64,000 bases of DNA, from NCBI RefSeq assembly GCF_009914755.1, contig NC_060926.1. One strand, 5' to 3'. Each line of letters begins with the position of its first letter. The first letter of the stretch is position 1. This document shows positions 43,146 to 57,146 of this stretch, piece after piece. Both the position numbers and the translations under genes were made by a program. A model generated the notes under the pieces. It did not search any database and had not been told where the DNA came from. It saw only the letters and a list, made by a program, of their open reading frames with translations. The stretch is from the human T2T-CHM13v2.0 reference genome, Homo sapiens.

Positions 43146-44077
43146 GAAGGATTTAGAGGGCCATCATTCAGATCTGGGGTCCGTTGGGAGCTTTACCAAG
43201 CCTAAGATCTCCCTCCAATGGAAAGACAACTATGTTGTCTTGCTAATGACCCAGCAACCATCAGATTCCATCTGCTGGTAGCTGTCAAAGGCAATGACAG
43301 CTTGTCCATGCTCCAAATAACTATATTATAGAAAATATGGTAAGCGTGGGCATCTTTGGGCAGATGTCATCCAAAACTTTCACTGGATTCTCAAAAGTGG
43401 TCCATGACTCAGAAAAAATTACCCTAAACTGGTACTTTCCCAAATGTAATCTAGTTTAGCATTTTTATCTCTAACTTGTTTTTCTTCTTGTTTTTATGTT
43501 AAAAAGTCACTGTTTCTAATATTCTGAGTGAGCATTAGTGCGAGCTAATGGCTTTTTAAAGAAAATTGGTGGTGGTTGTTACTAAAGTTGATGGATTTAT
43601 TGAGCACCTAAAATGTTCTTTTTCTGTTCTACAAAGTGTGTGTATATGTGACTATTATTTCTGCAATTAGTTCCTGATTGAAGTTTCTACTGACCAAGGG
43701 GCCAGTGATTATTTCCTTGGACTGTGGATTCAGGCTCTGTTTTTTTTCAGGGATTCCTACAGCAGGCAATCCCTTTCTGTTCTATGAGCTACGAAAGACA
43801 GAATGATTAAAGTGGTTCTATTTCCAAAGTACGTAGGACTTTGTGGGGAATTTGTTTTTGCATGTAAAATACTTCCTAATAACATATAATCAGCTACACA
43901 GTAACTCTTTATGGTATGGCAACATTTTTGTGCAAATTACTATACTAGGAAATCCAGGGCCCACAATCCACTTCCTTAGAAATGTGTATTGATCTCCTAC
44001 TATGTGTGCTACATTGGGGATACAAAATTATAAATTATAGTTGCTGCCCCCAGAGGTTTTAAAGTCTATTAAGGTTT

Positions 44078-44377
44078 GGCCGGACGTGGTGGCTCATGCC
44101 TGTAATCCCAGCACTTTGGGAGGCCGAGGCGGGCGGATCACGAGGTCAGGAGATCGAGACCATCCTGGCTAACACGGTGAAACCCCGTCTCTACTAAAAA
44201 TACAAAAAATTAGCCGGGCGTGGTGGTGGGCGCCTGTAGTCCCAGCTACTCAGGAGGCCGAGGCGGGAGAACGGCGTAAACCCGGGAGGCGGAGCTTGCA
44301 GTGAGCCAAGATGGCGCCACTGCACTTCAGCCTGGGCGACAGAGCGAGACTCCGTCTCAGAAAAAAAAAAAAAAAAA
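44078..44377 (+). mobile_element. AluY SINE
   Basis: GATCACGAGGTCAGGAGATCGAGACCATCCTGGCTAACACGG and GGAGCTTGCAGTGAGC diagnostics, many CpGs, pure A tail, perfect 17-bp TSD AAAGTCTATTAAGGTTT. Confidence 0.97.
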
Positions 44378-44747
44378 AAAGTCTATTAAGGTTTGATGAA
44401 ATATATTTTACAAATAATGAAAATCAGATGTGTTGATTGCTTTCATAGACATATATAATTTATCTCATTTAATATGTAGTGATTGTGATAGAGAATAGAA
44501 CAATATGTAAGAGGGAATGCTGCCTCTATGAGTTTTACACACATAAATAAGACTTTTCAATAAAATGTGACGAGTGCTTGGATACAGGACTGCATGTAGA
44601 AGGCAGCCTCACTGAGAGTAGAGGATTAGAACAGGCTTATTGGGAAAGATTACACTGCATTGAGTCTTGAGGAGGACAAGCTAGCTAGGTAGAGAAGGAG
44701 TAAGGGGGTGTCAGGCAGAGGGCACAGCATGAGCAAAGGCATGAAGG

Positions 44748-45618
44748 TGAGATGGGATAGTTCCCTTGACCCATCTGCAGGATTCCTGAAGGCTCATTTG
44801 CTTAGCCTGCAGCTCTGAACCCCTCATGGGAGGGGAAGCACGCAGGTGAGCGGGTGCAGGTGCCGGGGCAGATGAACACTGGAACTGGCTGGTCACTCCG
44901 CTCTGGTGGGAGCAGGCTCTGTGTGGGCCCCGCAGCAGTGTCCAACTGTGTTGCAATGCTCTTTTAGCTCTGCCATCTGGGAAAGAGTGTCTGCGACCCC
45001 TGGAGCCCCAGAGGGTGTATGTTACAATCAGTGCTCCTTTAGCATTCGATGTCCATGGACAGCTAAGTGTTGACCAGTTCAGTGGAAGATCAGAGTGACA
45101 GCCTTTTATTTTACACTCTGTCACTTGGTACCTGAGTTCTTGTCTGGTGTCCAGGAAGAATTAGGTCATGCAAATGAATTGAAAGATGGTGTATGAGGAA
45201 GATTTTGTTGAGCAGTGGAAGTGGGTCTCAGAGGGAAGGGGAGCTGGAAGGGGCAAGGCAGTGGGAAGATAATCTTCCCCTCGAGTTCGACCATCCCCGG
45301 CCAAGCTCTTCTCTGAAGTCCTGCCATCAAGCCGTTCCTCTGAAGTCAAGCTGCTTCTCTCCGACATCCAGCTGGTTATTTTCTTCTCTTCTCCTCTGCC
45401 ACTCCACTTTGCCCTTCTGCCAGTGGAGCTTGGGGTTTTTATGGGTACAGGGTGGGTAGCGGGATGGGCCAGGGTGGTTTTGGAAATGGCAACATTTGGG
45501 TGGGAAAACAGAAATGTGAAGTTCTCAGTTAGGGCCATGGGTCCAGGCTTGAGGGTGGAACCCTCGCCAGGGACCCACCCTCTTCTACCCAGCATTCCCC
45601 TGCCTCCTGTCGGTATCA
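44748..45618 (-). mobile_element. ERV1 solo LTR (LTR1/LTR27/LTR28/MER52 group)
   Basis: Minus strand starts TGATACCGACAGGAGGCAGGGGAATGCTGGGTAGAAGAGGG and ends ...CCCATCTCA; 4-bp flanks AAGG/GAGG; interrupts an L2-like segment. Confidence 0.88.
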
Positions 45619-46099
45619 GAGGGATGAGAGCACCTGCTAGATGTAAGGAAGCATAGGAAGGAACATAGAGGAAGGAACAGCTATCTCCTCTTCCACTAAC
45701 GCAAGTTTAATAAAGGTGGCTTTTAGAGCTGTCATCATTAATGAGATGCGAGAAGACATCTCAGGAAAAGGGAGCAGCTCATGCAAAGTCATGAACTAGA
45801 GGAAAACAAGGTGTATTTAGGGAAATAAGTTGTTTCCTACTGTATGGTGTGTGCTCAGGGAACATGACAGGAACTGTTGGGAGTCTATGGAGGTGGGTCA
45901 GGAGGGCCTGAGTCCAAAATGACCATTCTCAAACACTTAAAATTAAGTCTGTTGGCAAAGATTTCAATATGGGCTTAAGGTAATGGAATATAAGGAAGTA
46001 GTGACAGCTTGTGCTCTCAGTTGTTGCAACATGTATGGAGAGGTATAGCTACCAGGAATCACAAAGCAGCACGTACTTGTCCTCCATTCAGTAGCTATT

Positions 46100-46570
46100 G
46101 CACCATCTCCTCCTATATGCTGTGCTATGAGCTGTGAGTTTCTGCTCAAGGTGCTCGAGAAACAGCAACAAGGAAAACAAAAACCTAGTTTTCCTGGAGC
46201 TTACATGCAAGTAGGGGCAAAAAGACACAAGCAACATAAGTAAGCATGTGTGCAGTGTGTTATGTGATAAGTATTACATAACAGGGATGTGTGTCACAGC
46301 GGGGAAGGGGGAAGAGGGTGAGCTGGGATATGTTTGTAATTCAGATGAGGTTCTTGGGGAAGATCTCACTAAGGAGATGACATTGAGGAAAGACCTGAAG
46401 GAGGTGAGGCAGCAAGCCATGAGGAAGAACATTCTAGGCAGAAGGAAGAAAGCAAGTGCAAAGACTTCACCTCGAGGGAGGAGCGTTTGAATGATTTTGC
46501 AGAAAAACAGAGAGGCCGGTATGACTGGACAGTCTGAGTAAAGAGAAGAATGAGATGGGATGGATTCAGT
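46100..46570 (-). mobile_element. L2 fragment
   Basis: CCTGGAGCTTACAT...AAGGAGATGACATTGAGGAAAGACCTGAAGGAGGTGAGG...ATTCTAGGCAGAAGGAA. Confidence 0.75.
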
Positions 46571-47134
46571 TGCAAGTGATTGAAATGAATAACAAGCATT
46601 CATCGATCCAAGGATTCAATGACCCTAAGTATTCTTAGGTAGAAAGCAGGGTGACAGGCAGGGTGAAATAAAATCTTCCTCTATTCTGTAGAGCTGTGAC
46701 TTAACCTTTCAGTCTTGTGAAAATATGTATTTATTGGTACTGCTGGACAGTTTTCCTGCTGGCTGTGGAGAGAGTCTTGGTGAACAGAGAGGCCTGCAGC
46801 AAAAGAGTTAAGAGATACTTTCTACTCTAGATGAATCAGACAGAAATGAGTCATTTTTTAAATTACAGAGGTGGACACCACTTTACTTAGCAACTGTCCT
46901 TTTGAAAATTAGCTTTAATTTTTTTTATTTCAGTCATAATCACGGAACTATAATTACTGGAAAGGACCTTGTTTGTCATCTAACCCAGCTCTCATTTTAT
47001 AGTTTCTTAAGAAACTAAGGTATGAAGTGTAGCTGAAATACTATTACAAATAAATCTATTCACTATTTAAAACAGTATTCTCATAAGGAATCTTTTGAAA
47101 AATATATATAATCCCTTAAATTTATAGTTTCAAA

Positions 47135-47925
47135 AATGTTTTAAAATATTTATGAAGTCCCTACTATGTATTTGACACTATTCTGGCATCTGGGAATTCA
47201 GCCACAATTAATAAGGTAGATTTCATCCCTACTCAGTCAGCATTTACATTGTGCTGTGAGGTGGGAGTAGGGCTAGGGAGAGCTGGGAGTAGTATGTATA
47301 GATGACAAACCAGTATGTTAATATATGGACAAAATAATTTCAGAGAAAGATAAGTGATATAAAGACAATCAAAGCACAGTGATGAATCAGAAGAATTAGA
47401 AAGTACCAGAGCTGTGGCCATGCAGTGCCGCTCTGAGAAGGTGAACTTTGAGCAGAGAACAGATCCACCTTCAGGAGTTAGTGGTATGGGAATGGCATGG
47501 GGAGGGGACCAGGTTTTCCAGTCAGAGGGTACAGCCAGCACAAAGGCCCGAGCTTGCTGTGTTCAAAGAACAGACAAAAAAACCGCATGGTTGAAATGTA
47601 ATGGAGGTGTGATATGTAAGATGGGTGTGGAGAGGTGCAAGGTGGCCAGCCCACATGGGGCCTCTTAAAGACTGTGGTTAGACAGGTCTACGAAAATGTC
47701 AGAAAGCTTTCAACAGGGAAATGTTGACATCAGGCTTCATTTTTCAGAAGATCTGGCTTCTGTGTGGAGAATGGACTATGTTGGGACAAAAGACGAAGTG
47801 AGGAGATTAGATAGATGCCAATTTTACCAGCTCCGGCAAGAGAGGTTGAGGCTTATGCTTGGTTAGCACTGGAAGTGAAGAAGTAGGAGCAGACTGGATT
47901 CTTTTCTATCAGATTTGGAGTACCA
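47135..47925 (-). mobile_element. L2 fragment (L2a-like)
   Basis: AAATATTTATGAAGTCCCTACTATGT...CTCTGAGAAGGTGAACTTTGAGCAGAGA...GTGTGGAGAATGGACT. Confidence 0.8.
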
Positions 47926-47956
47926 TTAGCCGTATAAATCATTGTGGGGCGGGGAA

Positions 47957-48244
47957 TGCCTGGTGCCGTGGCTCGTGCCTGTAATCCCAGCACTTTGGGA
48001 GGCCAAGGTTGGGAGCATTGCATGAGGCCAGGAGTTCCAAACTAGTCTGGGCAACACAGCAAGACCCTGTTTCTACAAAAAAATAAAATTAAAAATTAGG
48101 TAGACGTGGTCACATGCACCAGTAGTCCCAGCTACTGGGAAGGCTAAGGCTGGAGGATCTTTTGAGCCCAGGATTTTGAAGCTGCACTGAGCCGTGATCT
48201 CACCACGGCACTCCAGCCTGTGCAACACAGTGAGACCCTGTCTC

Positions 48245-48278
<34 letters not shown>

Positions 48279-48290
48279 AGAAATAAAAGA
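47957..48290 (+). mobile_element. AluJ-class SINE
   Basis: Diverged dimer with long A tail. Confidence 0.93.
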
Positions 48291-48804
48291 AATACAGATT
48301 TATTTAGTAACTTCATGTAAGAGAATATGAGGCTCAGAAGATGAAGTGTGGCTTTTTCGAAACACAAGATAAAACTATTTACTGAAAAGCCTAGACTTCC
48401 AAATTGGTTGCTGAAAGGATCCTGGGATGGAATGGCTCCCACTGATGAGAGCTTAAGCATGGCTTTCTGCTTTCCCTCCAGCTCTGGGAAGTTAGTCTTT
48501 TTTTCCTCCCTCTTCCATATGACTTGTTGCCAAGTTGTTTGATTATCTCCATGGGTTGCTTTCGCAGCAAAACTAGATGCCAGGTGGAACGCAGTCTCCT
48601 CCAGCTCCCTGATTCCTTGTGGCCCTCAAATATAAACCATGAGGATTTTTATTTTTGAGATCATCACTGGGAAAAATCACAACACAAACTTCAAACATGG
48701 AGAGCTTTTAGAGCACTGAATTTTTTCTAAGTTTTCATACTCTGGATTCTTTATGAGTATGTCTTATTTTCTTTGGATTCTTTGTCAGATGCAGTTCTGG
48801 CTAG

Positions 48805-49290
48805 GAGAGGCCGAATAATGGCCCCTCAAATATGCCCACATCTTAACAGGTGACACCTGTAATATATTAAATGGCAAGGGTGAATTAAGGTTGCAAATGG
48901 AATTATGGTCACTAATCAGCTGACCTTAAAATAAGAAGACTATGCTGCATTATTGGTGTGTGCCCAATGTAATCACAATTGTTCTTTAAATGTGGAAGAG
49001 GGAAGCAGAAAAACAGAGTTAGAGAGAGGTGTGAAGAGCTGGCTTCAAAGACAGAGGAAGTGGGCCAAGGGCCAGGGAATGCAGATGGCCTCTAGAAGTG
49101 CAAAAGATAAGGAAATAGATTTCTTTGTAAAGTTTCCAAAAGAGAAGTAGCTCTATCAACACCTGGATTTTAGCTTACCTAGACCTGTTTTGGAATTCTG
49201 ACCTCTGGAACTATAAAATAATAAATTTGTTTTGTTGTAAGCTACCAAATTTTAGGTAATTTGTCATAGCCACAATAGGAGATGAATACA
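48805..49290 (+). mobile_element. MLT1 (MLT1D-like) MaLR solo LTR
   Basis: GAATAATGGCCCC...TAATCAGCTGACCTTAAAATAAG...TTCTGACCTCTGGAACTATAAAATAATAAATTTG...AATACA. Confidence 0.85.
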
Positions 49291-50959
49291 TTTGCATTCT
49301 GCCATTATTCTCTGAGAAGGGACCTTTGAACTGAGTCCAAACAATTGTTGTTAATGGAAAGGGCTTATCTAGCCTTCCCAATTTATCTTTTTTGAGGTCT
49401 ATTATAATGGATACTATGACTACTACTGCTACTACGATTACTACTACTGCATTTGAGCATTTACTATGTGTTTGCACTGTTTTAGACACTTAACTGCCCT
49501 TGTCATCCTTATTTTACAAAATAGGAAACTAGGACTCTGGCCCAAGGAGTGTGACACCAGCTTTTCAATGAAGACCTTACTTCTTCCTCTGTGAGAGTTT
49601 CACTTGCTAGCACCTTGCAGGTGAAAGGGAGGGTGGAAAGGACAACTTGAACTGTATGTTTTCAAGAGTTCACTCACCTCAATTATAAATTTACATCTCT
49701 GGAGACCTCACACTGACTCCCATCTCAGAGGTCTCCTAGCTTCACGACAGAAAGAGAACCTTAGGTCATTTCCTGAGAGTTAAGGAAAGTTAATTAACAT
49801 TTAGGACCAAGGGACCAGTTTAGGTGCACATTTCTTGATGAAGGGCTTACTGAGTTGTAAAAGTTAATAGGAGGTAGAAAGATAGGAAGAGAGAACTTAG
49901 GACAGCCTGGGATTTTTTTTTTTTTTTTTTTTTTAACAATTCACAAACTAAGATTTGTTAAGATTCTACTAAGAATCTACTTTGGCTACATCTGCATTAT
50001 GTGGTAGAGGAGGTGAGATGCCAAGTTTATAAGTGCATCATCATCTATCTCTGCTGTGTTTATAGAATAGTAACACATGTACCGAACATAAAAACACACT
50101 AAAGCACACAACAAGTGTTTAAATACAGAGTATTGCCCATTTAGCAAAAATATCCAGACACAAAGTTGAGCAGGCATCGAGCTGGATAATGCTTCCATGA
50201 TGCAAGCACCCACATTAGTGTGGGCCTTGGACAATGGGAGGGGCATAAAAAAGGAAGCAATTTGGCTAAGACCCCAAGGGGTGCTTGGAGAAATCACCCA
50301 GTTTGGGGGAAATAAAATTGGAAAACACAAGCTGAAAACAGCAAGCTCATGCAAACAATAGAGAAAGGCATCTAAGTGGAAAACAGAGACTGAAGGAAAA
50401 TTAGAATTAATTTAAATGTAATTTGTTTAAGATCTTCAGTTAATCATCTGCATGCTGTTTTTCATCCAAACACAGACACATTTTTGAGATGAGAATTATT
50501 GTTAAAAAAAAAAAAAAAGATGTTAAAAGAAAAAAACTGCTAAGTGTCTCTTAGACTGTCCCAGCACTAGCTCCTCTTCCTCCAATTCTTAATGATGAAA
50601 CTGAAAGTTTGTGGTTAGCATAATGTCTGTATGCAGTCTTTCATCAGCAAAGGAGAACTCAAATTTCTTGATTATCCTGACTTGATTTTCCTTGACACTG
50701 AGTAGCAGTGTCAAGCACCTCGACAAGATTTTCAGTAACAACAAGAGCTTCCAGGTAACCAGTGCTTTCTCACCTTGGGAATTCAGGGCATTAGGGTTTT
50801 GTTTCGTTGTCCTGAGTCTTCAGAGCTAAGGAGACAAAGCAGGATGTAGAGACTTTTTACCAAGTGTAGTTATATTTGGTCCCCATAATTAAACAATAAA
50901 CAAAATCAACAAAGAAATCAAAAAAATGAAGATGGCGATCTTTGATTTTATAAAAATAA

Positions 50960-52000
50960 CTTCCAGTATCATAAATTTAAGGTAGAAAACTGAGTAATGG
51001 ACTGGGAAGAATCATTTATAGGATATGTAACAGACAAGTGATTAATCTCCAGTGCACATAAAGAGCTTCTATAAATCAATAAAAATCTGAAAAATGGACA
51101 CACAAATGTAAAAGGAAATCCAGAGAAGAAATATAAATGGTCAATAGACATAAAAAAGTGGTCAACTTCAATAATAATGGAGGAAATACAAGCTAAAAAT
51201 GAAAATAACAAAAATTAAACAAATTTATTCTATCCAGTGATGGAAATGATGTAGAAAAACAGCTAATTTCATGATAGGATCATTAATTATTACAGCTTTC
51301 CTGGAAGGCAATAGATAATATGCATAGATATTTTTTAATGTGCATATCTTTTGACCCAATAATCCCATTTCCAGGCATAAATCCCAGAGATATACAGAGG
51401 TGCACAATGATGTATATATAACTATATTTATTGGATCTCATTTCTGCCAAAAAAAAGTATATATGATGTACATGTGTATATATCAGTGTAGAAAAGTAGA
51501 ACCTCAAAAAGTATATAACACGTTAACATTGTTGACCCTAGAGAGGAGAGTGTGTATTAGTCCATTTTCATGCTGCTAATAAAGACATACCTGAAACTTG
51601 GTCATTTATACAGGAAAAAAGGTTTAATGGACTTAACAGTTCCACGTGGCTGGGGAGGCCTCCCAAACATGGTGGAAGGCAAGGAGCAGCAAGTCACGTC
51701 TTACATTGATGGCAGCAGGCAAAAAGAGAGAGCTTGTGCAGGGAAACTCACCCTTGTAAAAGAATCAAATCTTGTGAGACTTATTTACTATCGTGAGAAC
51801 AGCAGGAAAAATCTGTACCCATGATTCAGTTACCTCCCAGTGGCTCCCTCTCACAACATGTGGAAATTCAAGATGAGATTTTGTTGGGGACACGGCCAAA
51901 CTATATCAGGGTGAATATGACAGATAAGGAAAGAAGGGAAATTTTCACCTTTTATTTTATAAATTTCTATGTTGTTTAACTATTTTACAGTGAAAACATA
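50960..52000 (+). mobile_element. Old L1 (L1ME-like) 3' region interrupted by THE1
   Basis: GACTGGGAAGAATCATTT...TTTGACCCAATAATCCCATTTCCAGGCATAAATCC. Confidence 0.7.
51553..51908 (-). mobile_element. THE1 (THE1A/B-like) MaLR solo LTR
   Basis: TGTATTAGTCCATTTTCATGCTGCT...GGGGACACGGCCAAACTATATCA; 5-bp TSD GAGTG/GGGTG. Confidence 0.93.
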
Positions 52001-53142
52001 TACATGAATTCCTATATAATTCAACATGCATAGCCATGGACATACATTTTAAAATCTGTTTAGGAAAATTGTTTAAATAATTCTAATTGATTTTGGTTAC
52101 ATCTGTCTACAGATAGTGACTAAGCATTCTAGAATAGAAGGGATTAGATAAATATGCAGACAACAACGATTCCACATGTAATTGTGATAATGGAATGTAA
52201 AAAAAGACGAAATTTGTTTTAAATGTCGAAAATAATTCTTGAGAAATCTGTTTTGAAGGTGACTGTGTACAACAGCATTTTTCTTCTTCTCCTCTTAGAA
52301 ATTATACAAACACAAGAAGGAGAAAGAAATTAATGTTAAACCCTTTTCCTTGATACTCCATGAAGTTTATAGCTTTCATAAGAATGTATAAGGAGACCAA
52401 GGCTAAGATGGAGCAGAAGCTGCCTGGGAGGAAGAGCGGAGGACATGAGGAGCGTTTTGAAAGGATCCAGTGGCAGCAGGTGTCAGAGAGCATCAGCAAA
52501 AATACACGTTCTTCAGGGAAGTCTTTCCCTGATGTGCCAACCTGTTGGCCATAATAAAAGGTTTTACTTATGGATAATACTGACAATATCCTGCATGAAA
52601 TATGACTAAACAGAAAGCAGCTGGCAGTTAAGGGAATAATACTGTTGATGAGGTGGGATTTATTGGAGCAATACAAAGGAATTATTGATAAAATTCATCA
52701 TACTAATAATGTACAAAGGTAAAATTTCTATGATCAATCATCATCACAGACACTGAAGTGAAAATTTGGCAAAATTAAATAATTATTCTTGATTAAACAC
52801 ACACACACACTCAAAATAAGTATGCATGGATACACTACTAATATGACAAAATATTTCAAGCTTGGCCCCAAAGTTAATACTTAAACAATTAGTGCAAAGA
52901 TCACTGAGTGAAGTAGCAGTATATGATTAATATGCAAAAATCAATTGCTTCTATAAAATAGCTGGTTAGAAGATTTAATGATAGAAAAACATCAATTTAA
53001 AATAGCAGTCCACAGAAATTGAAATACTTAAAACTTTTTGTTTTATGTATGGCCTGTATGAAGAAACATTCCACCATTCCTGTAAACCAAAAAGGAAGTC
53101 TATCATGGAAAGACATACCACCATGTGCTTGGACAAGATAAC

Positions 53143-53503
<361 letters not shown>

Positions 53504-53552
53504 TCATAAGTCAATTTCTATATGTAAAATGGTGTCAGTTAAAATACCACCA

Positions 53553-53870
53553 TACTGGGCATGGTGGTTCATACCTGTAATCCCAGCACTTTGGGAGACC
53601 ATGATGGGGTTTGAGGAAGGTGTCTCTCAAGCCTAGGAATTCAAGACCAGCTTGGGCAACATGGTGGACTCTGTCTCCACAAAAAAAATTAGAAATTAGC
53701 CAGGCTTGGTGGCATGCACCTGTAGGCCCAGCTACTCAGGAGGCTGTGAGGTGGGAGGATCAATGAAGCCCAGGAGGTTGAGGCTGCAGTGAGTGACCCG
53801 TGATCAGGCCACTGCACACCAGCCTGGATGACAGAGTGAGACTCTGAAAAACAAAAACAAAAACAAAAAA
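53553..53870 (+). mobile_element. AluJ-class SINE
   Basis: Diverged dimer, (AAAAAC)n tail. Confidence 0.9.
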
Positions 53871-54602
53871 CACTCACCAAATTCGTAGAATCAGACACAT
53901 TAGTTCTGAAGTTTATATGCAAAAATCAGCAAATTAGACAATGAATGAACAAATACCGTATAAGAAGATTAATGAAGTATCTATGGTTAGAAATTGAGAA
54001 TACACTGCAAGCTTCTATGAATACATGAAGAGATCTCTGGAAAATAATGGACATTCTGGACAGTTGATCTAAATGCATATGGAAATTCAGTGTATGAAAA
54101 TGTATCATCTTAAAGCAGTGAGGAAAATATAGATCATTCAGTAAAAATTGTAGCAGTCTGCAACAAAAACATAAAATTACTGTTGGATTGTTATCTTGAG
54201 CCACACACCAGCATAGATTACAAACAAATCAAAGCTTATAATGTAAAAAAAAAAAAAAAAAAAAAAGCACTGAAAGAAAACATGGACAAATTCCTTTATG
54301 AACTTGAAGTAGAGAGGCGGCTTTTAAATATGACTGAAAATCCATTAATCATTAAAGGAAAGGATAAATCCAACCATATGAAAATAAAAACCTTCTCTAC
54401 GGGGGAACATGTCAAAAGACCACTGATTGACTGGGAGAAGCTTCTGCAATTCATATAACAGGCCTAATTTTCCGTAAAACATCCCTATAAAAAGAGATTT
54501 TGGAAATCATGAAGAAAAAAGATTTTCTACTCAATAGAACTGAAAAAGAATATAAACAAATAATCACTGACAGGGAAGTACAAACAGTTCTTAACCATAT
54601 GA

Positions 54603-54942
<340 letters not shown>

Positions 54943-55514
54943 TAATAAAATAAATGCAAATTTAAAATACATTGAGATACTGTTAGTTTGGTTTTTCTTT
55001 TTCACTTGTCAAATTGGCTGAAATCCACAATTTGATAAAACATTCTGTTGGTGAGAGCGTGAGGAAATGGACATTCTCATAGAATGCAGTGGGGGAGGAA
55101 GGGAGCATAAATCTGCACAACTCCTGTAGAAGAAGTCTGTTTAGAAACAACTACAAAAATTACAAAATTTCAAATTCATATACCGCTCTGAGAATACAGA
55201 GAAATGCTGTCCTTGGAACTTATCCTTCATATTATGTGAAATAATACGTAAAATTTCATTATGGCATTCTTTTAAAAATAGCAAAAGGTTAGGGAAAAAT
55301 CCAGTGTCCATCATTAGGGGACTGGTTAAATGAAGTATGGTCCATCCATACAAATGAACATTATGTAATTGAGAAAAAGAATGTGGCCCCTCCCTATGTG
55401 TTATTTTGGGTAAATCTCCCAGGGATACGGTTCAGAAACAATTCAACATAAAGAGGAGTGTGTGTAGCAGGTTGACTTTTGTGTTACAAAGGGAAAATAG
55501 TAACATATGTTCAT

Positions 55515-55720
55515 ACTTGCAGGTTTCTAATCCTGTCTCCACCGCTTACATCTGGGTAAATTTGGGCAAGTTACATGTTGTGTCTGGGCTTCAATGGTAT
55601 CACCTAGAAACGAAGATAATCACTACCACCTAAAAAAAATTGGGAAGATTAAATGAGAAAAATATTTACAAAGCACTTAGCAAGGTATTTGGTTCACAAT
55701 TGTTGTAAAAAGGACAGTTA
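55515..55720 (+). mobile_element. MIR SINE
   Basis: TCTAATCCTGTCTCCACCGCTTAC...TTGGGCAAGTTAC...GAAGATTAAATGAG...AAAGCACTTAGC. Confidence 0.75.
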
Positions 55721-56049
55721 CTACTCTAAGGGGCTCTGCCTTCTCTATATAAACTTATAAACTTTAGAAACTAATCTGACAGCCTAGCACCTACTAATAT
55801 TTATTTGCTATAGTTCACCCAGTGTATTTGTACATTTAAAAATATATATCTCATGAAGTCCCAGAGTGCCTGAGGATTGAAAGGGGACAGCATCACAGCT
55901 CTAATGCTAAGAGATACAGACCATTAAGGCTCCATCTGAAATCAAGTATCTTTAAAAAATAAAAAAAAGAAGGAAGTAAAATTCAATTTGTATGAAATTT
56001 GATTTGCACAAGTTCTCAGAGAAACAGGAACTGGATAAAGTGAATTTCA

Positions 56050-56312
56050 CCTGTATCGAATCATCAGTCACCTTCAGTACCTAGGAAGACACCAAAACAA
56101 CATCTGGCAATCAATTTTCCATCTTTCAGTGCAGCCTGAGGAACTGGGTAGCAACCAGCATGGTATTGTAAAGAGAAAACTGTGTGGGCCAATTCAATTT
56201 CCTCCTATGACAGAATGACAGGTCACAGAGATAGGAGAAAAGCAATAGATGTAATCTACATGAGCCACAGCAAGTCTTTTGATTCAGTCCCACATGACGG
56301 TCTCATCAGGGC
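56050..56312 (+). mobile_element. CR1/L3 LINE reverse-transcriptase fossil
   Basis: Hand translation SNQHGIVKRKLC (from 56150), frameshift, then ANSISSYDRMTGHRDRRKAIDVIYMSHSKSFDSVPHDGLIR (56188-56310), matching the CR1 RT pattern QHGF..SCLTNLISFYD..VDVVYLDFSKAFDTVPH. Confidence 0.85.
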
Positions 56313-56442
56313 TTTCTGAGGATTGGATCTAAATCAGGGTTTGAGGAACTGGGGCCCCTCCTACCCCCACCAGCGTCACCCAACCCTAGCAGAGTGCTGG
56401 ATAGAAGCAGTGCGATAATCTACTAGAGACTGGAGCATGTCA

Positions 56443-56922
<480 letters not shown>

Positions 56923-57085
56923 TCAAGGAGATAAACATGAGCTGGGAGACTATGTTGACAGCAGGGAGCTTCTCATGGGAAGGGAAGATCCTGGTGGGTG
57001 GGGAAGCCAAGCACCTCCATGTCACTGAGGATGTAAAGAAAAATGGACAAAAGAGAATACCATTCACAGTCACTCACTCATTCAT

Positions 57086-57086
<1 letters not shown>

Positions 57087-57146
<60 letters not shown>
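57087..57146. repeat. (TG)n(AG)n compound microsatellite
   Basis: Directly visible. Confidence 0.96.

Noticed and set aside
50691-50715. 10-bp stem CTTGACACTG/CAGTGTCAAG
   Set aside because: Isolated, within chance expectation, too short for a pre-miRNA
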